DNA of 64,000 bases from Schizochytrium sp. TIO01 (GCA_004764695.1 SMSO01000031.1:5060436-5124435); one strand, 5' to 3'. Counted from the first letter of the stretch, positions 13,527 to 26,838 are shown. A program made the numbers and translations. The notes: a model not told the origin generated them from the letters alone.

Positions 13527-15251
13527 CTAATGTTTTGCTTGATTCATCATACGTAAACCATCTTCACTTGGAAGATTCCAACAAAATACGTTAACTGCGT
13601 ACTTGACACCTTTTACTGGAGGGCACCCGCCGTGCATCGACAGTTGGTCAATCTGACGCCCAGAAGGGTCGAGGTGGTAGAAGATAGCAGCAGCACCCTT
13701 CACAGGCGGGACAAAAAGGCCTCGCGAGCATTCAGACATCCCATCGCGTTTCAGTGACTTTGAATTGCCGAATAACCCCTTCCCGTTTGCCAAGGGGAAA
13801 ACTGTCTCGCCACCTTCTTCTACATCGGTCAGGTATGGAAGCATTGTTACGTGACGATTTCGCTGCAGCGATACAAAATCGACATTTTCTAAAGGAAACA
13901 TCTCGTAGATATTGTCGAACGCCTCAGATACATGAATGATGCATTCTTCCTGTTCCTCGATATCTTTGCAAAAGGCTCCTGAGATCCAAGCAATCTGAGC
14001 GTCAACCAGATCAACCAATGCACTGATTTCTGCTAAGCTTTTCGCGCCATATACATTCATCAACATTTCAGCAAACTCTTCTGATTCTAAACTTGGGTAC
14101 CAATCACTTTGTGGTGAACAGTATAGAGCACGCATATCATTCGCTAATGATGGATCATTGGGAAGAAGAGAAGGGTCGTGGTAAACAAGCCAAAGTAAGT
14201 ATCTTTGCCGTGCACTCCACTCCACTAATGGCAGTCCAATGGATTCCATCTGAACAAGCTCATCTGTTTTTGAAATTGGGGGAAGATTATGAAATACGTC
14301 ATAATGCTCCTTGTACCACTTCCCTGGAGTATACCTCAGTAGCTGCAACGGTTCAACATACTCAAGCTCTCGAAGCCGCAATAATTGCCAAGAGCGAAAT
14401 CGAAGCTTTAATGAAGGAGTGTGGGAATCCCTCAGATTGCCTGTCTCACTCGTACGATAATTTTTGTACTTTGGGTCGTCACTGTAATGCCGTTCTGGTG
14501 ATCGAAAGAGAGATGGAGCCCCATTGCTTATTATGTCTTCAATGTCCTCGTCATTGATTACGTTTTTGGCAAGGAAAATGCGAGGCTGCATAGACACAGT
14601 GACAAGCTCTATACCACTTATATTTCTAGAAAACCCAATCTCAACACCAGGCCACATCCATGATTCGCGATCAAGAAGTACATGGATAACGTTTTTTGTG
14701 TTAGCAATGTCTTCCCAATCTAATATAGGCTGGCCTGTGCTTGTAAGCAAGCTCTTGGGTTCAAAAAGTGAAGACATTGGTCTTTTCTCTTTGTTAGTAG
14801 GTAAAAGCGCGTGTACTGCAGTTTCTGCGAGAGAGCCAAGACAATCGGAGGCTTGAGCTTCTAGTGGAACATAAAGTACAACACCCTCGCTCGCTCCATT
14901 GAGACCAACCCATACAAAGGAAGAGTTTTTAGGGCGAAAATCTTTGACATAGGTGAGGCTAGGGTTTTCCTGTGCTTCGGAAAAGTCAAATGAAATTAGA
15001 TTCAGGCAACTGGCGTCTTCTGGGTCACTTGCCCAGACAAGGTTTAGGTCAAGGTCTTCTGCATCATTATTAACCCACGAACGATCCGAGCTGCTGGAAT
15101 CGCTTAAAGAAGAAACATCATCAAAACAAGCTTCAGTAGTTTGCTCTGCCACTACTGGCACCGCCAGCAACAGTAGCAACCCAGTAGACACAAACCAAAA
15201 CTGAGCCGTCCGGGCCATCGTGGGTCCTGTTTGCGAACTGATCATATACAT
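13527..15251 (-). CDS. Prolyl 4-hydroxylase-like 2OG-Fe(II) dioxygenase with signal peptide
   Basis: Motifs RTSE, EPLQLLRY..G..YKEHYD, TMLPYLTDVEEGGETVFP, HGGCPP.KGVKY; hydrophobic N-terminus; alternative start at 15218. Confidence 0.88.
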   Translation of the reverse strand: MYMISSQTGPTMARTAQFWFVSTGLLLLLAVPVVAEQTTEACFDDVSSLSDSSSSDRSWVNNDAEDLDLNLVWASDPEDASCLNLISFDFSEAQENPSLTYVKDFRPKNSSFVWVGLNGASEGVVLYVPLEAQASDCLGSLAETAVHALLPTNKEKRPMSSLFEPKSLLTSTGQPILDWEDIANTKNVIHVLLDRESWMWPGVEIGFSRNISGIELVTVSMQPRIFLAKNVINDEDIEDIISNGAPSLFRSPERHYSDDPKYKNYRTSETGNLRDSHTPSLKLRFRSWQLLRLRELEYVEPLQLLRYTPGKWYKEHYDVFHNLPPISKTDELVQMESIGLPLVEWSARQRYLLWLVYHDPSLLPNDPSLANDMRALYCSPQSDWYPSLESEEFAEMLMNVYGAKSLAEISALVDLVDAQIAWISGAFCKDIEEQEECIIHVSEAFDNIYEMFPLENVDFVSLQRNRHVTMLPYLTDVEEGGETVFPLANGKGLFGNSKSLKRDGMSECSRGLFVPPVKGAAAIFYHLDPSGRQIDQLSMHGGCPPVKGVKYAVNVFCWNLPSEDGLRMMNQAKH

Positions 15252-15347
15252 ACCTATATACTCTACACCCTACCCATCGTTTAGTTAATAGATTTTTTTT
15301 TGTATGCTATGCTATATATATATCATGAGATGTATTTCAAGCATCAT

Positions 15348-15428
15348 GGGGCGATGCCCGAGCGGTTAAGGGGATTGACTAGAAATCAATTAGCGTCAGC
15401 TGCGTCGGTTCGAGTCCGGCTCGCCTCG
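15348..15428 (+). tRNA. tRNA-Ser(AGA) copy 1
   Basis: Cloverleaf: acceptor GGGGCGA/TCGCCTC with G73, anticodon arm ATTGA-CTAGAAA-TCAAT, long variable arm, T-loop GGTTCGAGTCC; followed by an oligo-T terminator. Confidence 0.97.
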
Positions 15429-16993
15429 ATTTTTTTTGGATTTATTTATTATTCTTATTTTTTATTTAAATCTTTTCCTCTCTCTCAAAGATGTATAAGA
15501 AAGCGAGAAACAGTAAAGTGTTATGATAAGCACCCGTTTTCTTTTACATCAAGTCAAAAGCAGGATAAATAGATCATCCTGTCGTTCGATTGAGCTAAAA
15601 TCAGGAAATATGTGTAATTTTTGAATAAATTTAGGTACAGGGAAATAATGACAGCCTACTTTAGTGCACTGTGGAAGCACGGCATAAGAATTATAGTTCT
15701 TTTCTTCTAATATCATGCCAAGCTACGACTTTTTTAGATGCAAGTATTCAAGCAAGACCTTCAAGATAAAAACAGCATCCACATAATTTTGCCTATTTTT
15801 GTATCCTGGTACGAGGTCTAGTACGAGCAAGCTGTTGGTTTTATGTTTCTTTGGAGCTCAGTGCCTCCCCGAATTTGGGCACAAAGGTCGCTTGGCTTAG
15901 AGGCTTGAGCTTAACTATCCCAAACACCAGCGACTTAGACGAACAATGTTCTCCATTCAAATTTGACCTGGTGGGCGCGTTTGCTTGTATAAACCCCCTC
16001 AGCATACTGCAAATTATGCGAAGCTTACAGAGGAGCAGTGCTTATCACTTTGTTCGCAACATCTCAGTACTCAAGAAAATCCTGAATGTGGAATCAGCGG
16101 TGAAACTCATTCCTTGTTTGGTGTACGAGTTGAATGGTCGCAATTAGGTGCCTTGCACAATACGTTGCTACCTTAAGACAGACGACTTGGCAAGGTCAAA
16201 GAACTATTGAGTAGAGATTCCTTTAATCTAAGGATGTAAAATGTCCGGTCCCGAGAACTCTTTTCTATCTATAACGCGTAACCGCAGAAGTCGTGACAAA
16301 GTCAATCATGATTTGAATATCAATTAAAGAGCATGGCAAACCCATGGTATTGCTCCGAGGCCAACTCTAATGCCGCACCTTGAGATGTCTTAGTTCACGC
16401 TGGAACATCAAGGCCTTTATTTTTCACTACTTTGCTTCCATGTTGAAGAATTCCTACTTGAAAGTGTTGAAAAATTCCTCATTCAAGTAGGAATTCTTTA
16501 TCATTGGAAAATAGATGTGCACTAATTGCTTAAAACAAAGGAACATAGTAATGTGGGGTCTTTGACAAGTAATCGTAAAGATATACAGCCGGTACTGGGA
16601 CTTGAATTGAAGATTCGAAATTTTATGATAGCATCTGCATCCCATATCTTCCATCTTATCTTTACATCATTTATAACATGCTGCACATAGTTTTTGTCAT
16701 GACCCTCTTCATAATATGAAGCAAACTTAGATAAAGTGATACTGAATACACACTATCTTCTCCTTATGTGACAAACAATGTTTAAACTAGGTTTGTAGAA
16801 ACTATTGATGTTCTACTCCGATTTGTTGAGTAGGTAGCACTGTTCTTTGTCCATACAGATTATGTAATCATATAAAAATTAAGTGGTATAGCAAAGCGTC
16901 TTACTTCTCTGCGAAAATTGATCATCGCCAACTGCACCACTATGTGACGAAAACAATAAATTGAAACGCTCGTTTAAAAAAACAGATCTTTCT

Positions 16994-17074
16994 CGAGGCG
17001 AGCCGGACTCGAACCGACGCAGCTGACGCTAATTGATTTCTAGTCAATCCCCTTAACCACTCGGGCATCGCCCC
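16994..17074 (-). tRNA. tRNA-Ser(AGA) copy 2
   Basis: Reverse complement of copy 1; D-loop variant GAGTGG. Confidence 0.97.
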
Positions 17075-17780
17075 TCGATGACAGTCACGGCTGTCAGCAC
17101 ATTCTTCACAAATAGCGCTATTCCATGATACAGCAAGAAGCCGTATAACCATTGATTTTGTAAAGCTTCCCGCACTTTTGGAAGGCTGATCTGAGAACGC
17201 TGAAAGAAAGAGAGAAAGGACTTACCTACTTCTATACCTCTATAAATATACAATCTTCAAGTTTTCTTCAAGACCCAGTTTTTATTGTATCCTTAGTATC
17301 ACTTCAAAAGCGCTCAGTGTATAGAGACTATCGAACAATCCGAAGGGAAAGCCAATAGTTATCTTCGGGTGTGGATGTAACTTTTGTCTCCATTCTTAAC
17401 TTCTTCGTTTTCTTTTTTCTTTTTAATGTTAATCATCATTGCTTTCAATCAATGTTTTTAAAAGAAAGAGATAACTCTGTGATGTTGAGGATCTGTTGGC
17501 TTTGTGCCCAGTGGTTTATTGTTCAATAGTTCATGTACCTTGGTAAGACTCACGAGATATGCATAGTTCTGAGCATTAATGCTGGCGTTGAGAAAAATAT
17601 GAAATATAAAATTTCACAGGTTATGTATCTGCACATACATACAACCAAGTTCATTGATTTATTTTTTTTAATTCAAAATGAAAAACAATTGCTAGGGCAC
17701 CAAACTAACACTATTGTTTGGAAAACACAGGAACAAATTCCAAGTAACAAAAGCAAAAGTGAGTGAAAAAGATAAATAAT

Positions 17781-17861
17781 CGAGGCGAGCCGGACTCGAA
17801 CCGACGCAGCTGACGCTAATTGATTTCTAGTCAATCCCCTTAACCACTCGGGCATCGCCCC
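17781..17861 (-). tRNA. tRNA-Ser(AGA) copy 3
   Basis: Same 81-nt gene, GAGTGG variant. Confidence 0.97.
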
Positions 17862-18038
17862 ACGATGTTAGTCAGCTTTGGTTGCAACCATTTCCATCCT
17901 AACAGCAATACCACCTTCGTTTGCAAGCCCAAGAATATGCATCTCTCAATCAATATCGAAAGTGAAAAAAAACAAAAAAAAAACAAAAAAAACATGAGCA
18001 CTCGAAAGCGACAAGAACCAGCAAAAAGGAATTCATTT

Positions 18039-18119
18039 CGAGGCGAGCCGGACTCGAACCGACGCAGCTGACGCTAATTGATTTCTAGTCAATCCCCTTA
18101 ACCACTCGGGCATCGCCCC
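18039..18119 (-). tRNA. tRNA-Ser(AGA) copy 4
   Basis: Same 81-nt gene, GAGTGG variant. Confidence 0.97.
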
Positions 18120-18305
18120 ACGATGATGGTCTGCTTTGGTTGCATCCATTTCCATCCTAACAGCAATACCACCTTCGTTTGCAAGCTTTGCAAGCCCAAG
18201 AATAAGCATCTCTCAATCGATATCGAAAGTGAAAAAAAAAACAAAAAACATAAGGATGTTTATGGAACTCGAATGCGGCAAAAACCAGCAAAAAGAAATT
18301 CACTT

Positions 18306-18386
18306 CGAGGCGAGCCGGACTCGAACCGACGCAGCTGACGCTAATTGATTTCTAGTCAATCCCCTTAACCGCTCGGGCATCGCCCC
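18306..18386 (-). tRNA. tRNA-Ser(AGA) copy 5
   Basis: Identical to copy 1. Confidence 0.97.
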
Positions 18387-18561
18387 TCGATGTTGCAGCA
18401 TATTGATGGGGTCAATTTCCATTCCATCTACAATACCACCTATGTCTACAAGCCGAAACCAAGAAAAAAGAAAAAAAAAAGCCAAGGATGTGATGTACCG
18501 TAGAGTCCTGAAAAGTAAAACCCAGCAAAAAAAAAACAAAAAAGAAGAAAAAAAATCATTT

Positions 18562-18642
18562 CGAGGCGAGCCGGACTCGAACCGACGCAGCTGACGCTAA
18601 TTGATTTCTAGTCAATCCCCTTAACCGCTCGGGCATCGCCCC
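18562..18642 (-). tRNA. tRNA-Ser(AGA) copy 6
   Basis: Identical to copy 1. Confidence 0.97.
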
Positions 18643-18804
18643 ATGATATCGATTTAGACTGATAGTTTGTATTTTGATCAGAATAGGTGACAAAAACAAA
18701 CAAAAAAACAAAAATTAACCAAATAGGTTGTAACCAAGAAGGCCTCAAGATGAAAAAGGTTGTAAAAAGGACAACCAGCAAAAAAAAAAAAATGAAAAAG
18801 TAAT

Positions 18805-18885
18805 CGAGGCGAGCCGGACTCGAACCGACGCAGCTGACGCTAATTGATTTCTAGTCAATCCCCTTAACCGCTCGGGCATCGCCCC
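18805..18885 (-). tRNA. tRNA-Ser(AGA) copy 7
   Basis: Identical to copy 1. Confidence 0.97.
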
Positions 18886-18962
18886 ACACTGCTTCACGAT
18901 TGAGCTATACAATTTTGTCTAAACCACTCACTTCCTTGTCAGGAAATTCGACAAAAAAATAT

Positions 18963-19043
18963 CGAGGCGAGCCGGACTCGAACCGACGCAGCTGACGCTA
19001 ATTGATTTCTAGTCAATCCCCTTAACCACTCGGGCATCGCCCC
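18963..19043 (-). tRNA. tRNA-Ser(AGA) copy 8
   Basis: Same 81-nt gene, GAGTGG variant. Confidence 0.97.
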
Positions 19044-19134
19044 ACGATGACATAATTGAGATACTTGGTCTACATATACAACTGTTACTTTCATTCAGAA
19101 TATTAAAACATAAAAAAGTCAAAAAAAAAAAAGT

Positions 19135-19215
19135 CGAGGCGAGCCGGACTCGAACCGACGCAGCTGACGCTAATTGATTTCTAGTCAATCCCCTTAACCG
19201 CTCGGGCATCGCCCC
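19135..19215 (-). tRNA. tRNA-Ser(AGA) copy 9
   Basis: Identical to copy 1. Confidence 0.97.
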
Positions 19216-19294
19216 ACAATGATTAGTCTTTGGCTGTAGATCATTTTGTATAATCTCTGCACAATATTCTGCAAAGGAGAAAACGAAAAAATAT

Positions 19295-19375
19295 CGAGGC
19301 GAGCCGGACTCGAACCGACGCAGCTGACGCTAATTGATTTCTAGTCAATCCCCTTAACCGCTCGGGCATCGCCCC
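19295..19375 (-). tRNA. tRNA-Ser(AGA) copy 10
   Basis: Identical to copy 1. Confidence 0.97.
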
Positions 19376-19464
19376 ACGATGAGTGAAAATGTAACACCTG
19401 GTCAATTTGTTTGACATGTTGCTCTGCTCCAGATTTAAAAAATAGAAGAACAAAAAAAGATTAC

Positions 19465-19545
19465 CGAGGCGAGCCGGACTCGAACCGACGCAGCTGACGC
19501 TAATTGATTTCTAGTCAATCCCCTTAACCGCTCGGGCATCGCCCC
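19465..19545 (-). tRNA. tRNA-Ser(AGA) copy 11
   Basis: Identical to copy 1. Confidence 0.97.
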
Positions 19546-20399
19546 AAAAGATGTACAGGACATCATCCTTGGTGGAGGTAGTCTCTTTGACAATAAAATA
19601 TATAAGATAAGAATTTATTTTAATGATTGCTTGAACGAATGTGTTAATCGAAGGTTTCTTGTTTTTATAAGCACTAGGAGGTACAATTGGTTTGCTAGTA
19701 GTATCCTAGAAGGTCTTTCACTTTGAACCTCAAGTGAAAACAAATAGAGAAGTTAGACCTAGTCTCAGAGCATGCATGCATCCTTATTTGTCGAAAACAA
19801 TGAGCAACAATATTACTGGTCATCAATTCAAGAACTACGAACGAAATTAAAACGTGCAAGATTGCAAGATGCAGTCCGAGCAATGACTTAAATGCTTCTT
19901 GATATTTGCAGCGAAGGGATATGGATTACTCCAACACTAGTCGTGTTTAGCTACATTAGGCTGAATGGAGACAAGATAGGAACATACTAGAAATGCAGTG
20001 CAACAAAGCAATATAATTTTGGAACGGCATTTCCGATTGAGCGGTACGCTCTGCTCCTCGCTTTTAGAATTCAATCTCAAATGAGATTTGAGCTGGGTAC
20101 AAATTGTAAACTTCGAATAAATCCAAGATTTTAGATTTTGGAAATTACATCTGAGAATTCCTGATACAACCATCTGCTTTAAGTCCCTCTTTACATTTAC
20201 AAGTCATATGACATCAATTTGGATTCGACTGAGTCGTACGAGTGACACGGTGGACAATGCATTACAGTGGACTCGAGATCTTCGAGATCCAGGTGTTTAC
20301 AATGATTTTGTTATAATCGCAGAGTTGTATTTGGTACTTTGTCAAAGACGGGAAATATTGTTTTGTTCCACACAAATCACTCAAGATAGACGAGGAACA

Positions 20400-23300
20400 A
20401 ACGTGCAAATACCTATTCGCTAGAACCGAGTATAGTGAAATCTGAATTGATGGTTGAGGGGGGGGGGACCAACCTAACATCTTCAATTATGCTTAGTACA
20501 GATTAAGTCCGTTTTAGTTTAGGAATTCTAACATGACCCAGTTTGCCTTGGATTTGGATTCCAAGGACAGCAGATCGCTAACTCGCAAAGCCAAAGTTTA
20601 TTGATTCTTCCTGAGTCTTCCCGAGGTTTCTTTAAGCCTTCATCAAGCCTCGTTTCTTCATCTTTAGAGTCAACCTCTAGCTGACCAAATTGAACGCAAA
20701 AATGTTGCGTACAAATGTCAAATATAAATTAAAGAGGATAGAAGTTTGAAGCCTTTCATGAACCAGGAGTGATCAAAGAGAAACATACAGTACAAGAACG
20801 AGCATGACAAACTGCCACTTTCAAAAGCCTGGTAGGATCAGTACAATCACACTTTAGGCAAGCACAAAACAAAACTAGCACAAAACTAGCACAAAACTAG
20901 CACGAACAACAATTCATGTACGAACATAACACATGTTTCTGATAACCAAATTTATAGAATTACGGCATACTACTCCTAAAAGAAAACACGAAACAGGGGC
21001 GTCATATCCAACTTATTAATACTGTAACAATAATGGGTGATACGAGCACCAGGTGTTTGTAAAATATATTTTACACTTAACCTCCTCTTTAAATTCAGAT
21101 GTAAAAGTGACAACCTTGCAGAATCATCAACAAGATTTTTTTGCAGATGGGGTCCAACCAAAGATATTATTACCTTCAACTTTTCAAACAGAAGTATTTG
21201 CTTAGATTACAGATTGAATGGTGGTGAAAACCAAATCAAAGCTCGAGGACCATTTGAGTCATCCTACTTCACAAATCATGTGAGGTACTAGGTCCTACTT
21301 ACAACTTTAAATATTGGTAAGTGGACGATTAACTAATATAGAAAACGAATGGCAAAGCTAGAGTTCGTCTAACTTCAATAAGGCTTTCAGTAAACTGCGA
21401 CAAAGCATAGTCAAAGCCTTCAGGCATGTTGCATCCGTCTTGTTGGTCAAACTCAAGCAGATTTGCATACGCATGTTGGCCTTGATAAGATAATAGAAAG
21501 GAAAATAAATGCATACAAAATCTGTTATTCAGCATTCAATATGGTGAGTTCTTATTTTCGAAATTTCAAATCGAAGGAACTTGAGGACAAAGTATTGCTA
21601 GAGTCCTTGGCGTCCCCACATAAGTCCTCAAAAACTTTGGACTTTAGGATTAGGACTAGACAATCAAATGCGTGGTTGTGAACTCAAAGTGGCCAAGAAC
21701 TGAATAGGTGGGTGGACATACCCATTGACCAAAGTTTATTACGGCAAAACCTGAGGTGATGGTCGAAAGACAAGCTAACGTATTGTCCACCGTTAGATAT
21801 GGTACAGATCAAGTTTGTCTTGTATTAGTCTCCTAGTAGGAACATGACTCAGTCTGTCCTGGAATTTATTTACAGAGACAGCAGATCGCTCACTCCTACA
21901 GCTAAAGCTTATCGAGCCTTCTTAAGTCTTCTTCAAGCCTCTTGCATTCCAATTCGTAGTTTGCGTTCCACTTCCTAGTCAACCTCTAGCTGATCGATCA
22001 AAATCATTCTTTACACTCGTGCAGCAACGACTGAAACACTTAAATCAGGATAAATAGAATGATAGCTGACTGACAGCCAATATTTCAAGATGGAGGCATG
22101 TACCAGGTTGTCGATACTACAGCATTCAAGCAGACACGCTGATAATCTAAAAAACAAAAAACGCCTTTTCGTTAAAAGCTACATTTTGTGCAACCTGATT
22201 GTACTAGAATGAAAAATCGAGAAGCGGCGCGGACTTAACGTGATCAGAGCCCTTGATAAATTAAATTACACCAAGGCGAATTCGCATATGCATAGAAATG
22301 TCTACATAGAGGCTTGTAATATCCGGAAGAGAAACTGGTGATCGGGTCAGCATGCTGGTCTATCTTCTAAACTCCAAGTCGTATCAAGCTAAAGGTTTAT
22401 CAAGGAAAATGAAGTCAAATGTATTTACTACTGACGAAAAGAGTTTTAAGTACAAAGAGTTGACGCATACGAAATAGCAAATTGATGACCTCAGAATTCA
22501 GTCCCATGGGTACATATGACCTTAACCATATACATGACCGAGTATTAACTTAGTTATCTCCTTTAGTATTCCAAAGCATTATATTCCAATCCTGACTACC
22601 CTGGCTTTGGCAATATGGACTCTAGCAGAACTTCTCGTGTGCATGTGTCAAACACACTGTCTTTTTTCTTGACTTGAATAAGAGTAATATCATGTGTATT
22701 CTCTTATGCGCGCGCGTCCAAGTGTCCTTGAGTTTTATTGAGGATTACACTCAAAGCTTTTGGCCAAAGATTCCAGCATGAATCTATACGAATGGTTCAC
22801 CAAAAGAGTATAACAGCAAGCTGACCTCGAATGACTTGTACTGTTCAACGAAAAGACCATGTTGTAGAGAGTGGCTAAAAAATCAAAACTTGTATACAAA
22901 GATGCTGAATAAATTATTTGGATAGCAGCAAGTCCAGAACAATGTTTTAGACAACAGCCTGTAATCACAAAAATCAACATTGATAAAACAAAAGTATCTA
23001 TAGATACTTTAGAGCTAGAAACATTGCCACTAGTAGTGGAGTTTACTGAGATATTTTTCAGCAGCAGCCGAACTAAAGGGTTGCAGGGGAAACAGCACAA
23101 AATTTGGTCGCGCGAGTATTAATGCTCGAGAGAATAACAGATTGCTAATCCATCATGGTTCAATGAAATTTTAAATGTCTAGATTCTGGTCTTGACCTGC
23201 AGAATAATTGAGAGAGTTATCATTTGATTTAGTAGGGTCATATTTTGTGGCCATACGATGCTTCTCTACATCAAGCATGTTGAATCTGAAGTTCAGCACC

Positions 23301-25940
23301 GATGTCGAACAAACCCGTAATCATACCTGTACATCTTATACAGCATTGCCTACATATATCTCTACACATGTCATAGTTACATGTTACGTGCACGTCAATT
23401 TACAACACTCTACCAATGACTCTGATTTACTATCCTGCAGATCGAATAAACCGAATTATCATAAGCGTTGTAGAATACGTAGTAGGTCGATCAGTTTTTG
23501 TGTATCTTTGTATATCAAAACAAATAAATCATCAGTGCCCTCTTCAAAGGAGTAAGCTGTTTCGAATGAAAGGATTTGAAGAGAGCCAAAATACTGTTTG
23601 GGCAGACAAACACCAGCTCAAAGTAAGCAGCTTTATTGAGACGCTTAGCAGGATTCCCCAAGTAAACGACAAGTTTGGTCTTATGCGAAAACATTACATT
23701 GAATTGAATAGAGTACTCTAGACTTTTCATGGGTGGTGCTAGTTGTCGTTCTGAATTTGTGGTTTCTCATGACTTTACAATTCTAGCAACAAAACGGAAC
23801 AATGCAGTTAAATACTCTATCAATACGTTTTAGGCTTAAAGTGAGACTTTTCAGCTTTCCAAGCACAAAGTTGATATTAGAAAAGTGAAGTGAAGGTTTA
23901 CATATCGAGTGACAGTGTTATGAATTCGAACATGTGATCATTATAAGTTAATGAGCTGCTTTTAGCTTAAATATTGCTGAAAGGTATTTCTGATTAGCGT
24001 GAGGTTGACTGTAAAGATGAAGGCAAGAAGCTTGATGAAGGTTATAAGAAGGTTGATTTAAGTGTTAGCGAACTGCTGTCCTGGGTAATGAATTCTAGGA
24101 CAGATGGATTCATGTAGTAATTAGGGAGATTAAGACATTCTTGAGATAATCGATGGGGCTAGGTTATCTAACTTCTCCAACCATCGATTCAAGCTAAACC
24201 AAGCTTGGGTATCGGTAATGTGTATTCACATTTATAGTTCTTGGCTTCAGCAGCCACATGAGTCTGGCTGCCTATTCTTGTTCTAATGTAAACTATTTCT
24301 ACTGGGTTTTACAAAGGGACACCAAGAACTCTAGCGATGTCTTGTCCACTAGTTCCTTCGATTGGAGATCTCAGCAAATATATAATTTTGGAGGGAGAAC
24401 ATTTCCGATCGGTATGCAGTAAGTAGACCTGATCGTACTACGTCCCCAAAGGTTAAATTTTATACAAATCTTCGTCCAACAATCCTGGTGCTCGCTAGTT
24501 GTAATTTTTCAATGTTTATGCATGTGCCTTGATACCTTTGCTGAGAGACGAATATAGTCAGCCAGAGGTTGACCATGCCGATGAAGACAAGCAGCTTGAG
24601 GAAGGCTTGTTAAGCTCTAGCTTTAAGGGTTAGAGGTATGCTATCTTTGGAGATGAATTGTAAAGCAGACTTACACACAACAGTGTTTCTCCAGTTGCAG
24701 ATCTTAGCAATCATCTAGCTTTGAAAGTCAGCATTGAGATTGCGAATGTATTCTCTATTACATTATTTCTCTACATTGAATCGATAAACTATTTGCACAC
24801 TTCAGCAGTAAAGGAGTTTATGGGGTGGTGTTGTGCCAACAGGCGTTTTGGTGAACGGGGCTGGTGTCATAAGCTTAAAAACTAGAAACGAGCATGGCTA
24901 AATTGATCTGCAGAGAATTCACTTTCAGAGCTATTCGAAGAGGTAATTTTTTGTCTTAAACAAAACACAATTTGTGACTAGAAAATATAGAAATGCAAAG
25001 GCCCAATACTCAGGTATGTGCGTTCGAGGTTCATATTGAGGCTGGATTCATGTCAATGACTTTCGCTTTAATTTGGTCTGGTGGATCCATTATCCAAACA
25101 TGCTCATTCACCAAGTAAATTGGAATTCATATGATGTACTACTACCATCTTGTGACTACAGCCCATAAACTGAAGGCAACCAACTGCAGTCTATAAACCT
25201 CTAAGTATGCTAAAGAGCTGACGTGAATCATAACAAAGTTCTTTCTTTATTTGTGTAGCTACGTCAAACACTTTGATTCACCCGCGCAATGGTGTTGTTT
25301 TTGGTCATATCAGAATTCTGGATGAAGCGTCATCCGGAGCGTTTGAAGTTAAAGTTAAAAATTACGTCGTACCTCTCTGCCCAGAGTTTCTTGTAAAAAT
25401 TCACACTTGAATAGCTGTGCATTGACTGGGTAACCAACAGTAGAGGCGACATTTCTAATAAGTGCTGGAAATTCAGATGTATGTCCAACCTGAATCAATG
25501 ATTGAGTTTCGAATGTCTTCTGTGAAGTGGGCTCAAGAGGTAGGTTGATAGGTTACTAGGTGCATTCCGAGACCTCCAATCAAACAAGCTCATGGGGAAG
25601 GTGCTGCTGGTATACTTTCCAAACCATTGAAAGCTCCAAATAGAATGATTATTGCATAGGAATTAAAGTTACATCTAGATCTATAGCTGTGAACCTAAGA
25701 ACCCCAAGAACCCCAAGAACCCTAAGAACAACCATGATAAACAGATATATTTCCATTATAGAAGGAAGCAGTGAGCTCTACATCTTAATGGAGAGGTGAA
25801 TTCACCTGAAGTTTTCTGTTATGTGTGACACAAATGAGGTCTGTCTTATTCCTAAGATTACACATTAGAAATCCACTCCGCTTCTAAATTGCTAATTGTT
25901 AAGACGTAAACCTTTCTAGTCAACCTCCAGCCAACCAGAT
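20400..25940. pseudogene. Four to five decayed copies of one unknown coding sequence, in both orientations
   Basis: Homologous segments at ~20400-20686(-), ~21710-21995(-), ~24001-24240(+), ~24559-24680(+) and ~25915-25936(-). They translate to variants of QLEVD.KDE...LDEG...L.VSDLLSL..NS..DWVM with stops and frameshifts. Confidence 0.65.
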
Positions 25941-26677
25941 TCGTCATCCAGCAGTATCGACCACCATGGTCAGCATTGATGTTTTCGTTCTATAGCCTAG
26001 GGTTCTGGGGGTTGCAGGTAGGTTACGAAAGGCTTACAGATCTTTGATCTTTCGCTTCGAAATCCCAATTTAAAAAAGCTTTGTATCAAAATTAAACATA
26101 AAGGAAGCGATGTAAGGCGAACTTCACTGTTATACTATAACGCAGAGTTCGGAGACTTGGTTGAAACGACCAACTAAATAAACAAATTTATTCATTCAAG
26201 GATACTCAATGTATACCCCAGATGGTTATTTCGCTACACTCAGCAAAGAAGAAGGAATACAACAAAGCGTTATTCGGTCGCAATACCAGAATGCGATTTA
26301 TTTTCAGCGACGACGAGTCGTCACGAACAACAAAATTTTTGGATTAAGATAAACTTTCTCTTAGTCCTCTTCCACTCTTAAATTTAGTTATTGCAGCCTA
26401 TTTATTAGCAACCGCGATATTAGCAACCGCAAAGCTCTATTATTACTTAAACAAGAAAAGAAAAAAGGAGATGACATAAAGTTCTTTATGTATATCATGT
26501 TTCACAACTCAAACAAAAGATTTTAAAACTTCATACTTGAGGATAAGATAGATCTTTCGAAGATTATAGAAGGATGATAAATGTAGCCATTTGAAAAAAC
26601 AACAAACAAATTAATAATAGAAAAAGAAACGAATTCTGGTGTCCACAAAGCATGAACACAAGAGAAAAAAAAAAAAC

Positions 26678-26758
26678 CGAGGCGAGCCGGACTCGAACCG
26701 ACGCAGCTGACGCTAATTGATTTCTAGTCAATCCCCTTAACCGCTCGGGCATCGCCCC
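26678..26758 (-). tRNA. tRNA-Ser(AGA) copy 12
   Basis: Identical to copy 1. Confidence 0.97.
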
Positions 26759-26838
26759 ACGATAATTCACTCTTGAGCCTGCAACAATTTATTCTCTCCA
26801 TACCAATGTTAGTAGAAAATGAGAAAAATAAAAAATAT

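Noticed and set aside
17781-19545. CRISPR-like pattern of identical repeats with unique spacers
   Set aside because: The repeats are complete 81-nt tRNA-Ser genes, spacer lengths vary widely, there are no cas genes, and the context is eukaryotic
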